From Treponema sp. (lineage in GTDB: Bacteria > Spirochaetota > Spirochaetia > Treponematales > Treponemataceae), in assembly GCA_036300185.1 (NCBI GenBank), contig JAXJGY010000051.1:44693-108692 (forward strand): DNA of 64,000 nt, in the 5' to 3' direction. Below are positions 19,421 to 30,325 of this stretch, one piece after another. How positions within the stretch are numbered: position 1 is the first letter of the stretch; each line of letters opens with the position of its first letter. The notes under the pieces are model-generated. The model ran no database searches. It worked only from the letters and a program-made list of their open reading frames with translations, and had not been told where the DNA came from. Position numbers and translations under genes: made by a program.

Positions 19421-19699
19421 GTGTCAAGATCTGTTAAGAAGGGCCCTTTTATCGAAAAGAGCCTGTACAAGAAGGTTATTGAGATGAACAAGGCCGAGGA
19501 TCGTAAAATGATTAAGACGTATTCTCGCTGTTCAACAATTATACCTGAAATGGTTGGAAATACTATTTCAGTCTATAATGGTAAGTCATGGGTGCCAGTT
19601 TATATTACAGAAAACCTTGTAGGTCACAAGCTTGGTGAGTTTGCTCCTACTCGTATTTTCCGTGGTCACGCTGGTTCTGATAAGAAGTCTGGAAGATAG
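19421..19699 (+). CDS. rpsS: 30S ribosomal protein S19 (uS19)
   Basis: [14 protein letters not shown]...[28 protein letters not shown]; GTG start. Confidence 0.96.
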   Translation: MSRSVKKGPFIEKSLYKKVIEMNKAEDRKMIKTYSRCSTIIPEMVGNTISVYNGKSWVPVYITENLVGHKLGEFAPTRIFRGHAGSDKKSGR

Positions 19700-19704
19700 G
19701 TGGT

Positions 19705-20064
19705 ATGATGTCTGAGAAAACTGGATATAAAGCCGTTTCAAAATTCTTGATAGCATCCCCCACTAAGGTTCGTCCTGTGGCTAATGTAGTCAAGCGGAAG
19801 ACTTGTTCAGAGGCTATGGCTATTCTTGAGAATATGCCTCAGAAGGGTGCTGAGTTGATTCGTGAGACCTTGAAGTCCGCAATTGCTAACGCACTGTATG
19901 CTAACAAGCAACTCGATGAAGATATGTTGTATGTAAAGGAAATTCGTATTGACGAAGGTCCACGATTGAAGCGTGTATGGTTCCGTGCCCGTGGCCGTGC
20001 TGATATGCTTCTGAAGCGTATGTGTCATATCACTGTTGTTGTAGACGAAAAGGCGGGGGAATAA
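19705..20064 (+). CDS. rplV: 50S ribosomal protein L22 (uL22)
   Basis: [33 protein letters not shown]...[20 protein letters not shown]. Confidence 0.95.
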   Translation: MMSEKTGYKAVSKFLIASPTKVRPVANVVKRKTCSEAMAILENMPQKGAELIRETLKSAIANALYANKQLDEDMLYVKEIRIDEGPRLKRVWFRARGRADMLLKRMCHITVVVDEKAGE

Positions 20065-20065
20065 G

Positions 20066-20812
20066 ATGGGACAGAAAGTACATCCTATCGGACTGCGACT
20101 TGGAATTAACAAGACATGGCAGTCACGCTGGTATGCAGATTCCAGAGAATATGCTGATCTGGTGTTGGAAGACCTGAAGATTAGAAAGATGATTGATAAT
20201 TTGCCTGAGTGTAAGAATGCTGATATTTCTCATATCGGAATCATTCGTCATCCTCAGCGAGTTACTATCATGATTCACACAGCTCGTCCTGGTGTGATTA
20301 TTGGTCAGAAGGGTGCCAATATCGAGAAAATCGGTGCTGAGATTCAAAAGCAGCTCACCAAAAAGGTTCAGATTAAGGTAAGCGAGATTAAGCGCGGCGA
20401 AGTAAACGCTTCCCTTATTGCACAGAACGTTGCACGCCAGTTGGCAAACCGCGGTTCTTTCCGCAAGGCTTTGAAGCAGGCTGCAGGAAACGCCATGAAG
20501 GGCGGAGTTCAGGGAATCAAGATTCGCATTAGCGGTCGTCTTGGTGGTGCTGAAATGTCACGTACAGAGGAACACAAGGAAGGTAGAACACCACTCCATA
20601 CTCTGAGAGCTGACATCGATTATGGTTTTGCAGAGGCCCATACAACCTTTGGTAAAATTGGTATCAAGGTATGGGTATATAACGGAACAAAGTTTAGTCA
20701 TGAGCAGAATGAGGATGCAGGTCAGGTTGAAAGAAAGCCTCGTCGCGATCGTTCTGAGCGTGGTGAGCGGTCTTCTCGTGGAGATCGTGGCGCTAAAGCT
20801 TCAAGGAGTTAG
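20066..20812 (+). CDS. rpsC: 30S ribosomal protein S3 (uS3) with a short Arg/Ser/Asp-rich C-terminal tail
   Basis: [24 protein letters not shown]...KH domain...[31 protein letters not shown]. Confidence 0.97.
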   Translation: MGQKVHPIGLRLGINKTWQSRWYADSREYADLVLEDLKIRKMIDNLPECKNADISHIGIIRHPQRVTIMIHTARPGVIIGQKGANIEKIGAEIQKQLTKKVQIKVSEIKRGEVNASLIAQNVARQLANRGSFRKALKQAAGNAMKGGVQGIKIRISGRLGGAEMSRTEEHKEGRTPLHTLRADIDYGFAEAHTTFGKIGIKVWVYNGTKFSHEQNEDAGQVERKPRRDRSERGERSSRGDRGAKASRS

Positions 20813-21234
20813 TGATGGCACTTGCACCTAAAAGAGTAATGCACCGTAAGGTGCAGCGCAGTAGAATCAAGGGAAATGCAACAAGAGGAAATAACATCGA
20901 TTTCGGTGAAATTGCCTTGGTTGCTTTGGAGCCTATTTGGTTGTCTGCACGTCATATCGAGGCTGCCCGTGTTGCGATGAATCGTAAGATCAATCGTAAG
21001 GGACAGGTTTGGATTCGTGTATTCCCAGATAAGCCTATTTCCAAGAAACCTGCTGAAACCCGAATGGGTAAGGGAAAGGGTTCTCCAGAGTTCTGGGCTG
21101 CTGTAATTAAGCCAGGTCAGATTCTGTTTGAAATTGGTGGTGTTGATTTGGAATTGGCCGCAAGTGCTATGAAGCTTGCTGGTAGCAAATTGCCAATCAA
21201 GACTAAGATTGCGTATCGCCCCACGATTGACTAA
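20812..21234 (+). CDS. rplP: 50S ribosomal protein L16 (uL16)
   Basis: [18 protein letters not shown]...[21 protein letters not shown]. Start is GTG 20812 (overlapping the rpsC stop) or ATG 20815. Confidence 0.96.
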   Translation: MMALAPKRVMHRKVQRSRIKGNATRGNNIDFGEIALVALEPIWLSARHIEAARVAMNRKINRKGQVWIRVFPDKPISKKPAETRMGKGKGSPEFWAAVIKPGQILFEIGGVDLELAASAMKLAGSKLPIKTKIAYRPTID

Positions 21235-21244
21235 GGAGTAAAAG

Positions 21245-21445
21245 ATGGCAAAGAAAGAAAAAGAACTGTCCTATTCCGAATTGATTGTGAAGCGGAACGA
21301 GTTGAAGAAGAAATACATGGATTTGAGATTCCAGATGGTAATCGGCCATGTAGATAACCCCATGCAGAAACGTACAATGCGCCGAGAAATCGCACGCATT
21401 AATACGCTGATTCGGCAGAAAGAGATTGCCGGTCAGGACCAGTAG
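21245..21445 (+). CDS. rpmC: 50S ribosomal protein L29 (uL29)
   Basis: 66 aa with LKKKYMDLRFQMVIGHVDNPMQKRTMRREIARINTL. Confidence 0.94.
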   Translation: MAKKEKELSYSELIVKRNELKKKYMDLRFQMVIGHVDNPMQKRTMRREIARINTLIRQKEIAGQDQ

Positions 21446-21454
21446 GAGTGACCC

Positions 21455-21730
21455 GTGGAAGAGCAGGTTGTTCAAACTAATAAGGCTGCAAAACGTTCTT
21501 TTGTTGGTATTGTTACCAGTGACAAGATGGACAAGACTATCGTAGTGTCTGTTACAACAAAGAAGTTGCATCGGCTTTATAAGAAGTATGTTACCCGTGT
21601 TAAGAAGTGCAAGGCTCATGATGAGTTGAACGATGCCCACATTGGTGACAAAGTTCGTATCGTTGAGTGCCGGCCCCTTAGTAAGGAAAAGTGCTGGCGT
21701 CTTGCCGAGATTATCGAACGAGCAAGATAA
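21455..21730 (+). CDS. rpsQ: 30S ribosomal protein S17 (uS17)
   Basis: [19 protein letters not shown]...[29 protein letters not shown]; GTG start. Confidence 0.95.
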   Translation: MEEQVVQTNKAAKRSFVGIVTSDKMDKTIVVSVTTKKLHRLYKKYVTRVKKCKAHDELNDAHIGDKVRIVECRPLSKEKCWRLAEIIERAR

Positions 21731-21745
21731 GCAGGAGAGTAAAGA

Positions 21746-22114
21746 ATGATTCAGATGCAAACAAATTTGAACGTTGCTGACAACTCCGGTGCAAAGCTCG
21801 TTCAGTGTATTAAGGTACTTGGTGGTTCACACCGCCGTTATGCAAGTATTGGTGATGTAATCGTAGTAGCCGTAAAAGATGCTATTCCTACATCAAATAT
21901 TAAGAAGGGATCTGTGGAAAAGGCTGTAATCGTACGCATTTCCAAGGAATATCGCCGTCCTGACGGAACTTATATTCGCTTTGATGACAACGCTTGCGTT
22001 ATCATCGATGCAAATAAGAACCCCAAGGGAAAGCGTATTTTTGGTCCCGTGGCTCGTGAGCTTCGTGACATGGACTACATGAAGATTGTGTCACTGGCCC
22101 CAGAAGTTCTGTAA
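21746..22114 (+). CDS. rplN: 50S ribosomal protein L14 (uL14)
   Basis: [28 protein letters not shown]... Confidence 0.97.
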   Translation: MIQMQTNLNVADNSGAKLVQCIKVLGGSHRRYASIGDVIVVAVKDAIPTSNIKKGSVEKAVIVRISKEYRRPDGTYIRFDDNACVIIDANKNPKGKRIFGPVARELRDMDYMKIVSLAPEVL

Positions 22115-22129
22115 GGAGAATTGGATAGT

Positions 22130-22444
22130 ATGAATAAGAAATTCAAGATCCGCAAGGACGACTTGGTAGAGATCATTGCCGGAAAAGACAAGGGAAAGCG
22201 TGGGAACGTTGTTCGTGTTGTTCGTGAGAAGGACAGAGTTATCGTTTCTGGCTGCAACATTGTTAAGAAGGCAATGAAGAAGCGGAGTCAGCAGGATGCA
22301 GGTGGAATTGCTGAAATTGAAGCTCCTCTGCACATTTCCAATGTAGCGATCGTATGCAAAAAATGCGGTCCTACTAGAATCGGTTATAAACTCGACGGCG
22401 ACAAGAAATATCGTGTTTGCCGTAAATGTGGAGACACACTGTAA
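22130..22444 (+). CDS. rplX: 50S ribosomal protein L24 (uL24)
   Basis: [30 protein letters not shown] (KOW motif). ATG 22130 preferred over track TTG 22121. The C-terminal part carries CKKC...CRKC. Confidence 0.94.
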   Translation: MNKKFKIRKDDLVEIIAGKDKGKRGNVVRVVREKDRVIVSGCNIVKKAMKKRSQQDAGGIAEIEAPLHISNVAIVCKKCGPTRIGYKLDGDKKYRVCRKCGDTL

Positions 22445-22995
22445 TGAGTAATTACGTACCCCGGCTTAAGAAAGTCTATAATGACACTATCGCCCCAGAG
22501 TTGTTTAAGGAACTCGGTTATAAGTCCGTGATGCAGGTTCCTGCAATTAAGAAGATTGTAGTGAGCATGGGCGTGGGTGAAGCACTTAGTAATAAGAAAC
22601 TCCTTGATGCCGCAGTTACTGATATTACGGCAATTACCGGTCAGAAGGCTGTGAAAACAAAGGCAAAGAAGAGTATTGCTAACTTCAAGTTGCGTCAGGG
22701 CAATGAGGTTGGTGTAATGGTAACATTGCGTGGAGCTCAGATGTATGAGTTCCTTGATCGCTTGATCAATGTTGCATTACCTCGTGTAAAGGATTTCCGT
22801 GGAATCAAGGCAACTGGTTTTGACGGACACGGAAATTTCTCCCTTGGTATTACAGAGCAGATTATCTTCCCCGAAATCGACTTTGATAAGATCGAAAGAG
22901 TAGCTGGAATGAATATCTCTATCGTAACAAGTGCAGAGACTGACAGTGATGCTCGTGCTCTGCTTACCAAGTTTGGAATGCCTTTTAGGAAGTAA
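22444..22995 (+). CDS. rplE: 50S ribosomal protein L5 (uL5)
   Basis: [20 protein letters not shown]... Start moved to ATG 22444 (TAATG overlap with the rplX stop). Confidence 0.96.
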   Translation: MSNYVPRLKKVYNDTIAPELFKELGYKSVMQVPAIKKIVVSMGVGEALSNKKLLDAAVTDITAITGQKAVKTKAKKSIANFKLRQGNEVGVMVTLRGAQMYEFLDRLINVALPRVKDFRGIKATGFDGHGNFSLGITEQIIFPEIDFDKIERVAGMNISIVTSAETDSDARALLTKFGMPFRK

Positions 22996-23006
22996 GAGAG
23001 GAATTC

Positions 23007-23192
23007 ATGGCTAAGAAATCATTGATTATTAAAGCTGCCCGGCCTGCCAAATACAGTACACGTAAGTACAATCGGTGTCAGGTTTGCGGTCGTCCCCGTG
23101 GATATCTTCGGAAATACAAGATGTGCCGTCTTTGTTTCCGCAAGTTGGCTAGTGAAGGCTTGTTGCCTGGTGTAACAAAATCCAGCTGGTAG
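23007..23192 (+). CDS. rpsN: 30S ribosomal protein S14 type Z (zinc-binding, 61 aa)
   Basis: [22 protein letters not shown] Cys4 motif and ...KSSW end. Confidence 0.96.
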   Translation: MAKKSLIIKAARPAKYSTRKYNRCQVCGRPRGYLRKYKMCRLCFRKLASEGLLPGVTKSSW

Positions 23193-23206
23193 TTTAGGAG
23201 AAGAGA

Positions 23207-23605
23207 ATGAGCGTTTCAGATCCAATAGCAGATATGCTTACAAAGGTAAGAAATGCGGCAATGGCCCGCCATGAGAAGGTTGACGTTCCAGCTTCTAAGC
23301 TTAAGTTGGAAATTGTCAAGATCATGAAGACTGAAGGTTACATCAAGAACTTTAAGAAGTTGACTCAGGATGGAGCTAACAGTATTCGCATTTATCTGAA
23401 GTATGACGATTCAAATGCACCAGTAATTCACGGTCTCAAGAAGATCTCTACACCTGGTCGTCGTGTATACTCAGGATACAAGGATCTGCCCCGTGTTCAC
23501 AATGGATACGGTACAGTAATCGTGTCAACCAGCCAGGGTGTTACCACTGGTAAGCGTGCTGCAGAGCAGATGGTTGGCGGTGAGTTGATCTGCACAATTT
23601 GGTAA
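23207..23605 (+). CDS. rpsH: 30S ribosomal protein S8 (uS8)
   Basis: [14 protein letters not shown]...GELICTIW. Confidence 0.96.
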   Translation: MSVSDPIADMLTKVRNAAMARHEKVDVPASKLKLEIVKIMKTEGYIKNFKKLTQDGANSIRIYLKYDDSNAPVIHGLKKISTPGRRVYSGYKDLPRVHNGYGTVIVSTSQGVTTGKRAAEQMVGGELICTIW

Positions 23606-23617
23606 GAGGAGGAATAC

Positions 23618-24157
23618 ATGTCTAGAATTGGAAAGCTTCCTATTACCGTTCCTGCAGGTGTTAAAGTTGACATCCAGGGAAATTCAATCTGTGTAGAAGG
23701 TCCTAAGGGAAAATTGTGCCAGGACTACACTGCTAATGTTAAGGTTGAGTTGAATGACGGAGTTCTTACCGTTAATCGTGTAGATGAGTCCAAGGCATCT
23801 AATGCTGCTCAGGGATTGTATCGCAACTTGATCAATAACATGGTTGTAGGTGTAACAACTGGTTTTACAAAGAACCTGATTATTACTGGTGTTGGTTTCC
23901 GTGCTGAGGTTCAGGGGAATCTTTTGGTTTTGAACCTTGGTTACTCAACAGACTTTATTGCTCTGATTCCTGAGAATTTGACAGTAACTGTTGAAGGACA
24001 GAACAAGGTATGTGTTTCTGGAATCGACAAGCAGGTTGTTGGTGAGTTCTGCGCACAGATTCGTAAGCTTCGGAAGCCTGAACCCTACAAGGGTAAGGGT
24101 ATTCGGTATGAAACTGAGACCATTAGAAGGAAGGTCGGTAAATCCGGCGTTAAATAA
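23618..24157 (+). CDS. rplF: 50S ribosomal protein L6 (uL6)
   Basis: [22 protein letters not shown]...[11 protein letters not shown]. Confidence 0.96.
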   Translation: MSRIGKLPITVPAGVKVDIQGNSICVEGPKGKLCQDYTANVKVELNDGVLTVNRVDESKASNAAQGLYRNLINNMVVGVTTGFTKNLIITGVGFRAEVQGNLLVLNLGYSTDFIALIPENLTVTVEGQNKVCVSGIDKQVVGEFCAQIRKLRKPEPYKGKGIRYETETIRRKVGKSGVK

Positions 24158-24169
24158 GGGTAAGGCGAT

Positions 24170-24532
24170 ATGTTGAAGAAACTTAATGAAAAAGACAGAA
24201 AGCGTCTGAAGAGAAAGATTCATATCCGAAAGCGAGTTTCTGGTACTCCAGAACGGCCTCGAATGACTGTGACTCGCAGTAACTGTAACCTGTATGTACA
24301 GGTTATCGATGATACTGTTGGAAAGACATTGGCTTCTATTTCCACATTGGAAAAGGAGTTTGCTTCATTAAAGCCTACCGTTGCTGATGCAGAGAAGCTT
24401 GGAGAGGCAATGGGCAAGCGTCTTATCGAAAAGAATATCAAGACTGTGGTTTTTGACCGAAATGGTTACTTGTATCACGGTGTTGTAAAGGCTCTTGCTG
24501 ACGGTGCTCGCAAGGCTGGAGTTGAATTCTAG
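24170..24532 (+). CDS. rplR: 50S ribosomal protein L18 (uL18)
   Basis: [20 protein letters not shown]...[26 protein letters not shown]. Confidence 0.96.
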   Translation: MLKKLNEKDRKRLKRKIHIRKRVSGTPERPRMTVTRSNCNLYVQVIDDTVGKTLASISTLEKEFASLKPTVADAEKLGEAMGKRLIEKNIKTVVFDRNGYLYHGVVKALADGARKAGVEF

Positions 24533-24540
24533 GAGAAGCT

Positions 24541-25053
24541 ATGGAACACCAGAAGAATTTTGATAGAGATCAGCCTAAAGAGTTTGTAGAAAAACTGATT
24601 AAGTTGAATCGTACTGCAAAGGTTGTAAAGGGAGGACGTCGTTTCTCCTTCTCAGCCTTGACTGTAGTAGGCGATCAGAAAGGTCGGGTTGGCTTTGGTT
24701 TTGGTAAGGCCAACGATGTTACAGAGGCTATTAGAAAGAGCATTGATAAGGCCAAGAGAAATTTGGTAACTGTACCTATTAAGAACGGTACAATTCCTCA
24801 TGACATTCTTGGAAAGTACAAGAGTTCTTCTGTACTCCTTAAGCCTGCTTGTTCTGGTACCGGTATTATTGCTGGTGGCCCTGTACGTGCCGTGCTTGAG
24901 GCTGCTGGAGCTACTGACGTTTTGGCAAAGTCCTTGGGTTCAAACACATCTGTAAACGTAGTACGTGCTACTTTTGATGCTGTTACCAACTTGATGGATG
25001 CCCGTACAGTTGCAAAGAACAGAGGTAAAACTCTGAAGGATCTGTGGGGGTAA
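24541..25053 (+). CDS. rpsE: 30S ribosomal protein S5 (uS5)
   Basis: [39 protein letters not shown]. Confidence 0.96.
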   Translation: MEHQKNFDRDQPKEFVEKLIKLNRTAKVVKGGRRFSFSALTVVGDQKGRVGFGFGKANDVTEAIRKSIDKAKRNLVTVPIKNGTIPHDILGKYKSSSVLLKPACSGTGIIAGGPVRAVLEAAGATDVLAKSLGSNTSVNVVRATFDAVTNLMDARTVAKNRGKTLKDLWG

Positions 25054-25056
25054 GGT

Positions 25057-25242
25057 ATGGCTAAGAAGGTCAAGATTACACTCGTACGAAGTACAATCGG
25101 ACAGAAGCCTGCTAAGAAGGCAACTGTACGTAGTTTGGGTCTAAAGAAGATTAACTCTGTAGTTGAACAGGAAGCTACTCCTTCTATTCTGGGAATGGTT
25201 GCTTCCGTTGCTCACTTGGTAAGAGTTGAGGAGATGAACTAA
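25057..25242 (+). CDS. rpmD: 50S ribosomal protein L30 (uL30)
   Basis: 61 aa with KITLVRSTIGQKPAKKATVRSLGLKKIN. Confidence 0.94.
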   Translation: MAKKVKITLVRSTIGQKPAKKATVRSLGLKKINSVVEQEATPSILGMVASVAHLVRVEEMN

Positions 25243-25694
25243 TGTCAGAATTAATTCTTAAGGCACCTTTTGGTGCAAATAAAAAGAAGAGAATTGTTGG
25301 TCGTGGTTCTTCCTCCGGTCGTGGTACAACAGCTGGTCGTGGAAATAAGGGACAGCAGTCCCGTTCCGGTGGCAAGGTGTATATCGGATTTGAGGGTGGA
25401 CAGATGCCCCTGTTCCGTCGTATTGCCCAGCGTGGTTTTTCAAATTATCCTTTCAAGAAGGAATTTGATATTGTAAACCTGTGCGATATTGAAGCAAAGT
25501 ACGCAGATGGCGAAACTGTGAACAAGGAGTCCTTGGTTGCTAAGGGCCTTGTAAAGAATTCCGCTGTTCTGATTAAAGTGCTGGGTAATGGTGACCTGAC
25601 AAAGAAGGTTACTGTAGCTGTAGATAAGGTTTCCGCCTCTGCTAAAGAGAAGATCGAAAAAGTCGGTGGAACGGTAACTGTAGCTAATAACTAA
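25242..25694 (+). CDS. rplO: 50S ribosomal protein L15 (uL15)
   Basis: RVGRGSSSGRGTTAGRGNKGQQSRSGG...FEGGQMPLFRRI. Confidence 0.96.
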   Translation: MSELILKAPFGANKKKRIVGRGSSSGRGTTAGRGNKGQQSRSGGKVYIGFEGGQMPLFRRIAQRGFSNYPFKKEFDIVNLCDIEAKYADGETVNKESLVAKGLVKNSAVLIKVLGNGDLTKKVTVAVDKVSASAKEKIEKVGGTVTVANN

Positions 25695-25711
25695 ACGGAG
25701 CGAAAAACGAC

Positions 25712-27031
25712 ATGGCAAACAATCCTATTGTAAATATGTTTAAGGTAAAGGAACTCAGAGAACGAATCTTCTTTACCTTAGTAGTGCTAGCCGTTTTTCG
25801 CCTTGGTAGTGTTCTCACAATTCCTGGAATTAATCCTCAGGCTTTAACAGCCTATTTTGATTCCTTGACCCGTGGTAATGCGTTCGTGGATTACATGGAC
25901 TTTTTTGCCGGTGGAGCCTTCTCTAATTTTTCTGTATTTATGTTGGGTGTAATGCCCTACATTTCAACACAGATTATTATGCAGTTGGCTCTTATCATCT
26001 TCCCTAGCTTAAAAAGAATTGCTCGGGAAGATGGTGGTCAGAAAAAGGTTCAGGCTTGGACTCGAATTGGAACAGTTTTTGTCTGTTTGATTCAGTCCTT
26101 GGCTGTAACTGTGTATGCTACCAGCATTCCTGGCGCAGTTGTTCTGGAAAGCTCCTTGGCATTCAAGTTGATTGCCATGATCAGTGTTACAACCGGAACA
26201 ATGATTACTATTTGGTTGGGTGAGCAGATTACAGCTTGCGGAATTGGCAATGGTATTTCCATGTTGATTTTTGCTGGTATTGTTGCTCGCTTGCCTTCCG
26301 CTGTATGGGAGTTGGGATCAGCTGTTGCAGATGGTTCAATCAACCCTGTATTTGTAATTGTAGTTTTGTGTATGTTTATTGGAATTATTATTCTTGTTGT
26401 TTTCGAACAGCAGGGACAGAGAAAGATTCCTGTGCATTATGCAAAGCGTGTTGTTGGACGGAAAATGTATGGTGGACAAAGCACATATATTCCATTCAAG
26501 ATTAATCCATCTGGAGTAATCCCTGTAATTTTTGCTTCTTCATTTTTACAGTTCCCACTCCAAATTGCTACCAGTCTTGGACCTGACGTTCGTTGGCTCA
26601 ACAGATTGGCTGCATTTTTAACACCCACAGGTTTGTGGTACAATATTTTCTTAGTATTGCTGATTATTTTCTTTGCATATTTCTACACACAAGTGCAGTT
26701 TAATCCCGCTGAAATTGCAAAGAATATCCGGGAGAATGGCGGCTCAATCCCCGGAATCAGAACTGATAAAACAGAAGAATATCTGCAGAAGGTATTGAAC
26801 AGGATTGTGCTACCTGGTTCTTTGTATCTTGCAGGAATTGCTGTTTTGCCTACAATCATTCAGAGTTTGTTTGGCTTCCCTCAGTCAATTGCAATGTTGA
26901 TGGGTGGAACCTCACTGCTGATTATTGTTGGTGTAGATCTTGATACAATGAGTCAGATTGAGGCATTGTTGAAAATGCATCATCATGATGGATTGGTCAA
27001 GAAGGGTAAGATTCGGTCACGGAATCTGTAG
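25712..27031 (+). CDS. secY: Preprotein translocase subunit SecY
   Basis: 439 aa with 10 TM helices. Motifs: FFAGGAFSNFSVFMLGVMPYISTQIIMQL, ITIWLGEQITACGIGNGISMLIFAGI. Confidence 0.97.
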   Translation: MANNPIVNMFKVKELRERIFFTLVVLAVFRLGSVLTIPGINPQALTAYFDSLTRGNAFVDYMDFFAGGAFSNFSVFMLGVMPYISTQIIMQLALIIFPSLKRIAREDGGQKKVQAWTRIGTVFVCLIQSLAVTVYATSIPGAVVLESSLAFKLIAMISVTTGTMITIWLGEQITACGIGNGISMLIFAGIVARLPSAVWELGSAVADGSINPVFVIVVLCMFIGIIILVVFEQQGQRKIPVHYAKRVVGRKMYGGQSTYIPFKINPSGVIPVIFASSFLQFPLQIATSLGPDVRWLNRLAAFLTPTGLWYNIFLVLLIIFFAYFYTQVQFNPAEIAKNIRENGGSIPGIRTDKTEEYLQKVLNRIVLPGSLYLAGIAVLPTIIQSLFGFPQSIAMLMGGTSLLIIVGVDLDTMSQIEALLKMHHHDGLVKKGKIRSRNL

Positions 27032-27068
27032 ATTTTGTGAGAAAACTCTAGTATAAGGTAAGGAAGTG

Positions 27069-27077
27069 TGTTATAAT
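27069..27077 (+). promoter_or_regulatory. Extended -10 promoter TGtTATAAT upstream of rpmJ (internal alpha-operon promoter)
   Basis: gTGtTATAAT at 27069-27077, followed by a ~70-nt leader containing the hairpin CCGGAT...ATCCGG. Confidence 0.4.
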
Positions 27078-27154
27078 CCTTGAACCCGGATTGTAATCAT
27101 TGCGATTTGCTAGGATCCGGCTATGTGAACACACTTCTTTACAGGGGGATTTTT

Positions 27155-27268
27155 GTGAAAGTACGAACCAGCGTAAAGCCCATTTGTGACAAATGTAAGG
27201 TAATCAAACGTTTTGGCGTTGTCAGAATCGTTTGTTCTAACCCTAAGCATAAGCAGAGACAGGGCTGA
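27155..27268 (+). CDS. rpmJ: 50S ribosomal protein L36 (bL36), zinc-binding form
   Basis: GTG start at 27155 after AGGGGG. Reads [37 protein letters not shown] (37 aa). The track ORF 27080 N-terminal extension is rejected. Confidence 0.93.
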   Translation: MKVRTSVKPICDKCKVIKRFGVVRIVCSNPKHKQRQG

Positions 27269-27278
27269 GGAGTAACAG

Positions 27279-27644
27279 ATGGCTCGAATTGCGGGAGTTG
27301 ACCTCCCTAACAAGCATGTCAATATTGCATTGACATACATCTATGGTATTGGACGTTCTTCTGCCAATGAAATTTGTAAGAAGACAAAGGTAAATCCTGA
27401 TGTACTTATCAACGATTTGTCTCAGGAAGACTTGGCTGCTCTCCGTGCAATTATTGACACAGAGTACAAGGTAGAAGGACGACTTCGTTCTGAAATTGGT
27501 CTGAACATCAAGCGCTTGATGGATATCGGTTGTTATCGTGGATTGCGCCACAGAAAGGGATTGCCTGTTCGTGGTCAGCGTACTCGTACCAATTCACGTA
27601 CACGCAAGGGTAAGAAGAAGACCGTTGCAGGTAAGAAGAAGTAG
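27279..27644 (+). CDS. rpsM: 30S ribosomal protein S13 (uS13)
   Basis: [25 protein letters not shown]...[19 protein letters not shown]. Confidence 0.97.
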   Translation: MARIAGVDLPNKHVNIALTYIYGIGRSSANEICKKTKVNPDVLINDLSQEDLAALRAIIDTEYKVEGRLRSEIGLNIKRLMDIGCYRGLRHRKGLPVRGQRTRTNSRTRKGKKKTVAGKKK

Positions 27645-27661
27645 GATGGAGGTGAGATAAC

Positions 27662-28042
27662 GTGGCAACCGTGAAGAAACGTAAGGAAAAGAAAAGCGTT
27701 TATGAAGGTAACGTATATATTCAGGCAACCTTCAATAATACAATCGTAACAATCACAGACCTGAAAGGCAATGCATTGTCTTGGGCCTCTTCTGGTGGTT
27801 TGGGATTCCGCGGAGCAAAGAAATCAACTCCGTTTGCCGCTCAGTCTGTTGCTGAAACAGCTGTTCAGAAGGCAGCAAGCTATGGCTTGCGGGAAGTTCA
27901 TGTGTTTGTAAAAGGACCTGGAGTTGGACGTGAGTCTGCTGTTCGCTCCTTGGGTGCTATGGGTCTTAAGGTTAAGTCAATTTCTGACGTAACACCTATC
28001 CCTCACAATGGATGTAGACCCCGCAAAACACGCCGTATGTAG
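27662..28042 (+). CDS. rpsK: 30S ribosomal protein S11 (uS11)
   Basis: [45 protein letters not shown]; GTG start. Confidence 0.96.
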   Translation: MATVKKRKEKKSVYEGNVYIQATFNNTIVTITDLKGNALSWASSGGLGFRGAKKSTPFAAQSVAETAVQKAASYGLREVHVFVKGPGVGRESAVRSLGAMGLKVKSISDVTPIPHNGCRPRKTRRM

Positions 28043-28060
28043 TAGAGGAGTACAGGAAGA

Positions 28061-28696
28061 ATGGCTAGATATACAGGTCCTGTTTGTAGACTTTGTAGAA
28101 CAGAACAGAAGAAATTGTTCCTGAAGGGCGAGCGCTGTAACAGCGATAAGTGTCCTATCAACAAGAAGCGTGGAGCTCCTGGAAAGGATCCTAAGGGACG
28201 TGTTGGTAAGAAGAGCGAGTACGGCCTTCAGCTGCGCGAGAAGCAGAAGATTAAGAGAATGTATGGAATGCTGGAAAAGCAGTTCCATTTGACCTTTGAA
28301 CGTGCACAGAGAATGGGCGGTGTAACAGGTGAAAACCTGATTAAGTTGCTTGAGTGTCGCTTGGATAATGTTGTATACCGAATGCACTTTGCAGCAACTC
28401 GTTCTCAGGCTCGTCAGCTTGTTTCCCACAGACATTTCTTGGTAAATGGAAAGTCTGTAAACATTCCTAGCTACGAAGTAAAGCCAGGTGATGTTATTGA
28501 AGTTCGGGAAAAAAGCAAGAAGTTGACTACGATCATGGATGCTCTTAGTGAGGTGTCTAAGTCTGGAAACATGCCTTGGGTGAGTGTAGATGTAGATGCA
28601 CAGAAGGGAACCTTCTCTGCATATCCTCGCCGAGAAGAAGTGCTGGATCTTGCTGACATTAAAGAGCAGCTCGTAGTTGAGCTCTATTCTAAGTAA
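28061..28696 (+). CDS. rpsD: 30S ribosomal protein S4 (uS4)
   Basis: [26 protein letters not shown]...[18 protein letters not shown]...S4 RNA-binding domain. Confidence 0.97.
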   Translation: MARYTGPVCRLCRTEQKKLFLKGERCNSDKCPINKKRGAPGKDPKGRVGKKSEYGLQLREKQKIKRMYGMLEKQFHLTFERAQRMGGVTGENLIKLLECRLDNVVYRMHFAATRSQARQLVSHRHFLVNGKSVNIPSYEVKPGDVIEVREKSKKLTTIMDALSEVSKSGNMPWVSVDVDAQKGTFSAYPRREEVLDLADIKEQLVVELYSK

Positions 28697-28707
28697 GAGG
28701 AGTTTCG

Positions 28708-29760
28708 ATGGCCCGTAAAAATCTGCTTAAAAGTTTTAAGATGCCAAGAGGTATTAACTTTGAACAGGAAGTAACTACTGAGGAATATGGAAAGGTTATT
28801 GCTTATCCATTTGAGCCTGGTTTTGGTACTACTGTTGGTAATACATTGCGTCGAATTCTGTTGTCTTCTGTACAGGGATATGCAATTTCTTCTGTACGAA
28901 TTGCATCTTATGATGCAGACAATGTTGCACACGTAATTTCCAGTGAGTTCGAGACAATTCCTAACGTTGTTGAAGATACTCTCGAGGTGTTGAACAGCTT
29001 AAAACAGATCCGATTACGGTTGACCGGAGACGCTGAGCAGGAAACCTTCCTCTTTGAATTCAAAGGGCCAGGAACAATCACAAGCAATGATTTTGCTCGT
29101 GAAAACCTGCAAATCTTTTCCAAGGACTTGCCTGTTCTTACCATGATGGCTGATTCTCACTTGGAAATTGAGATTCAGGTTGATTGTGGTAAGGGATACG
29201 TACCTGCAGAAGATAATGAGCATCGAATTGAAGTTGTTGGAACAATGGCAATGGATGCGATTTATACTCCTGTACTGAAAGTAAAGCATGCAATTGAGCC
29301 TTGTCGTGTCGGTCAGCGTAATAATTATGAGAAGCTCGTTATGGAAATCTGGACAGATGGAACGACTTCTCCTGAAGATGCACTTGCAGAAGCTGCAAAG
29401 ATTGCAAAGGAATACTTTGCTGTCTTTATCAACTTCAATGATAGTGACATTGGACATGACAGGGATCTGGACGAAGGGGATGAAAAGATTCGCAAGATTC
29501 TTAGCACTCCTGTTGATGAATTGGAATTATCTGTCCGGTCTTCCAACTGTCTTAAGAATGCCAATATCCGAACAATCGGTGAGTTGACAAAGAAGACAGA
29601 GGATGACATAGCTAAAACACGTAACTTTGGTAGAAAGAGTCTTACAGAAATCAAGGAAAAGCTCATGGAATGGGGCTTGAACTTGGGTATGACTGATTAC
29701 AGCCATCTGAAAGATACAGAAAAACTGCCAAAGCAGAAGGAAGAATCTGATGAATCATAA
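28708..29760 (+). CDS. rpoA: DNA-directed RNA polymerase subunit alpha
   Basis: [18 protein letters not shown]-terminal domain; alpha-[26 protein letters not shown]. Confidence 0.97.
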   Translation: MARKNLLKSFKMPRGINFEQEVTTEEYGKVIAYPFEPGFGTTVGNTLRRILLSSVQGYAISSVRIASYDADNVAHVISSEFETIPNVVEDTLEVLNSLKQIRLRLTGDAEQETFLFEFKGPGTITSNDFARENLQIFSKDLPVLTMMADSHLEIEIQVDCGKGYVPAEDNEHRIEVVGTMAMDAIYTPVLKVKHAIEPCRVGQRNNYEKLVMEIWTDGTTSPEDALAEAAKIAKEYFAVFINFNDSDIGHDRDLDEGDEKIRKILSTPVDELELSVRSSNCLKNANIRTIGELTKKTEDDIAKTRNFGRKSLTEIKEKLMEWGLNLGMTDYSHLKDTEKLPKQKEESDES

Positions 29761-30295
29761 GAATGGATTTAACCCTCTTTCTAGGACAACTGCACACCGT
29801 CGTGCAATGTCCCGGAACATGGTAACTTCGCTCTTCCGTTATGAGCGAATTACTACAACTAAGGCCAAGGCACTTGAAGTTAGAAAGGCTGCTGAAAAAT
29901 TGATTACACGAAGCAAGGTTGACACCGTGCACAATCGTCGTCAGGCAGCACGCTACATTCAGGATGAAACTATTCTGGCTAAGCTGTTTACAGACATTGG
30001 TCCTAGAATGAAGGATCGTGCTGGTGGATATACCCGTGTTGTAAAGCTGGGATTCCGTCAGGGTGATGCAGCTGACATGGTTATCCTTGAGCTTGTAGAT
30101 TACAAGCTTGATTCTGGTGAAAATACCGAGAAGAAGGAAACAAAGAAGGCCAAGGCTCCTGCTGAGAAGAAGGCTTCTGCTGAAAAAAAGGCAACTTCTG
30201 AAAAGAAGGCACCTGCAAAGAAAGCAACTACAGCTAAGTCTAAGGCAAAGACAGAGGCACCTGCAGAGGAATCTGCTGAAAAGGCTTCTGAGTAA
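29750..30295 (+). CDS. rplQ: 50S ribosomal protein L17 (bL17) with a ~60-aa Lys/Ala/Glu-rich C-terminal extension
   Basis: [36 protein letters not shown] core, then ...[45 protein letters not shown]... Confidence 0.95.
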   Translation: MNHKNGFNPLSRTTAHRRAMSRNMVTSLFRYERITTTKAKALEVRKAAEKLITRSKVDTVHNRRQAARYIQDETILAKLFTDIGPRMKDRAGGYTRVVKLGFRQGDAADMVILELVDYKLDSGENTEKKETKKAKAPAEKKASAEKKATSEKKAPAKKATTAKSKAKTEAPAEESAEKASE

Positions 30296-30325
30296 GACCG
30301 CAGGTTTTCCTGCAGAGGAGTTACG

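Noticed and set aside
21203-21760. 185-aa minus-strand ORF across rpmC/rpsQ, and similar antisense ORFs throughout the ribosomal operon
   Set aside because: They are antisense to universally conserved ribosomal protein genes and show no independent coding signal.
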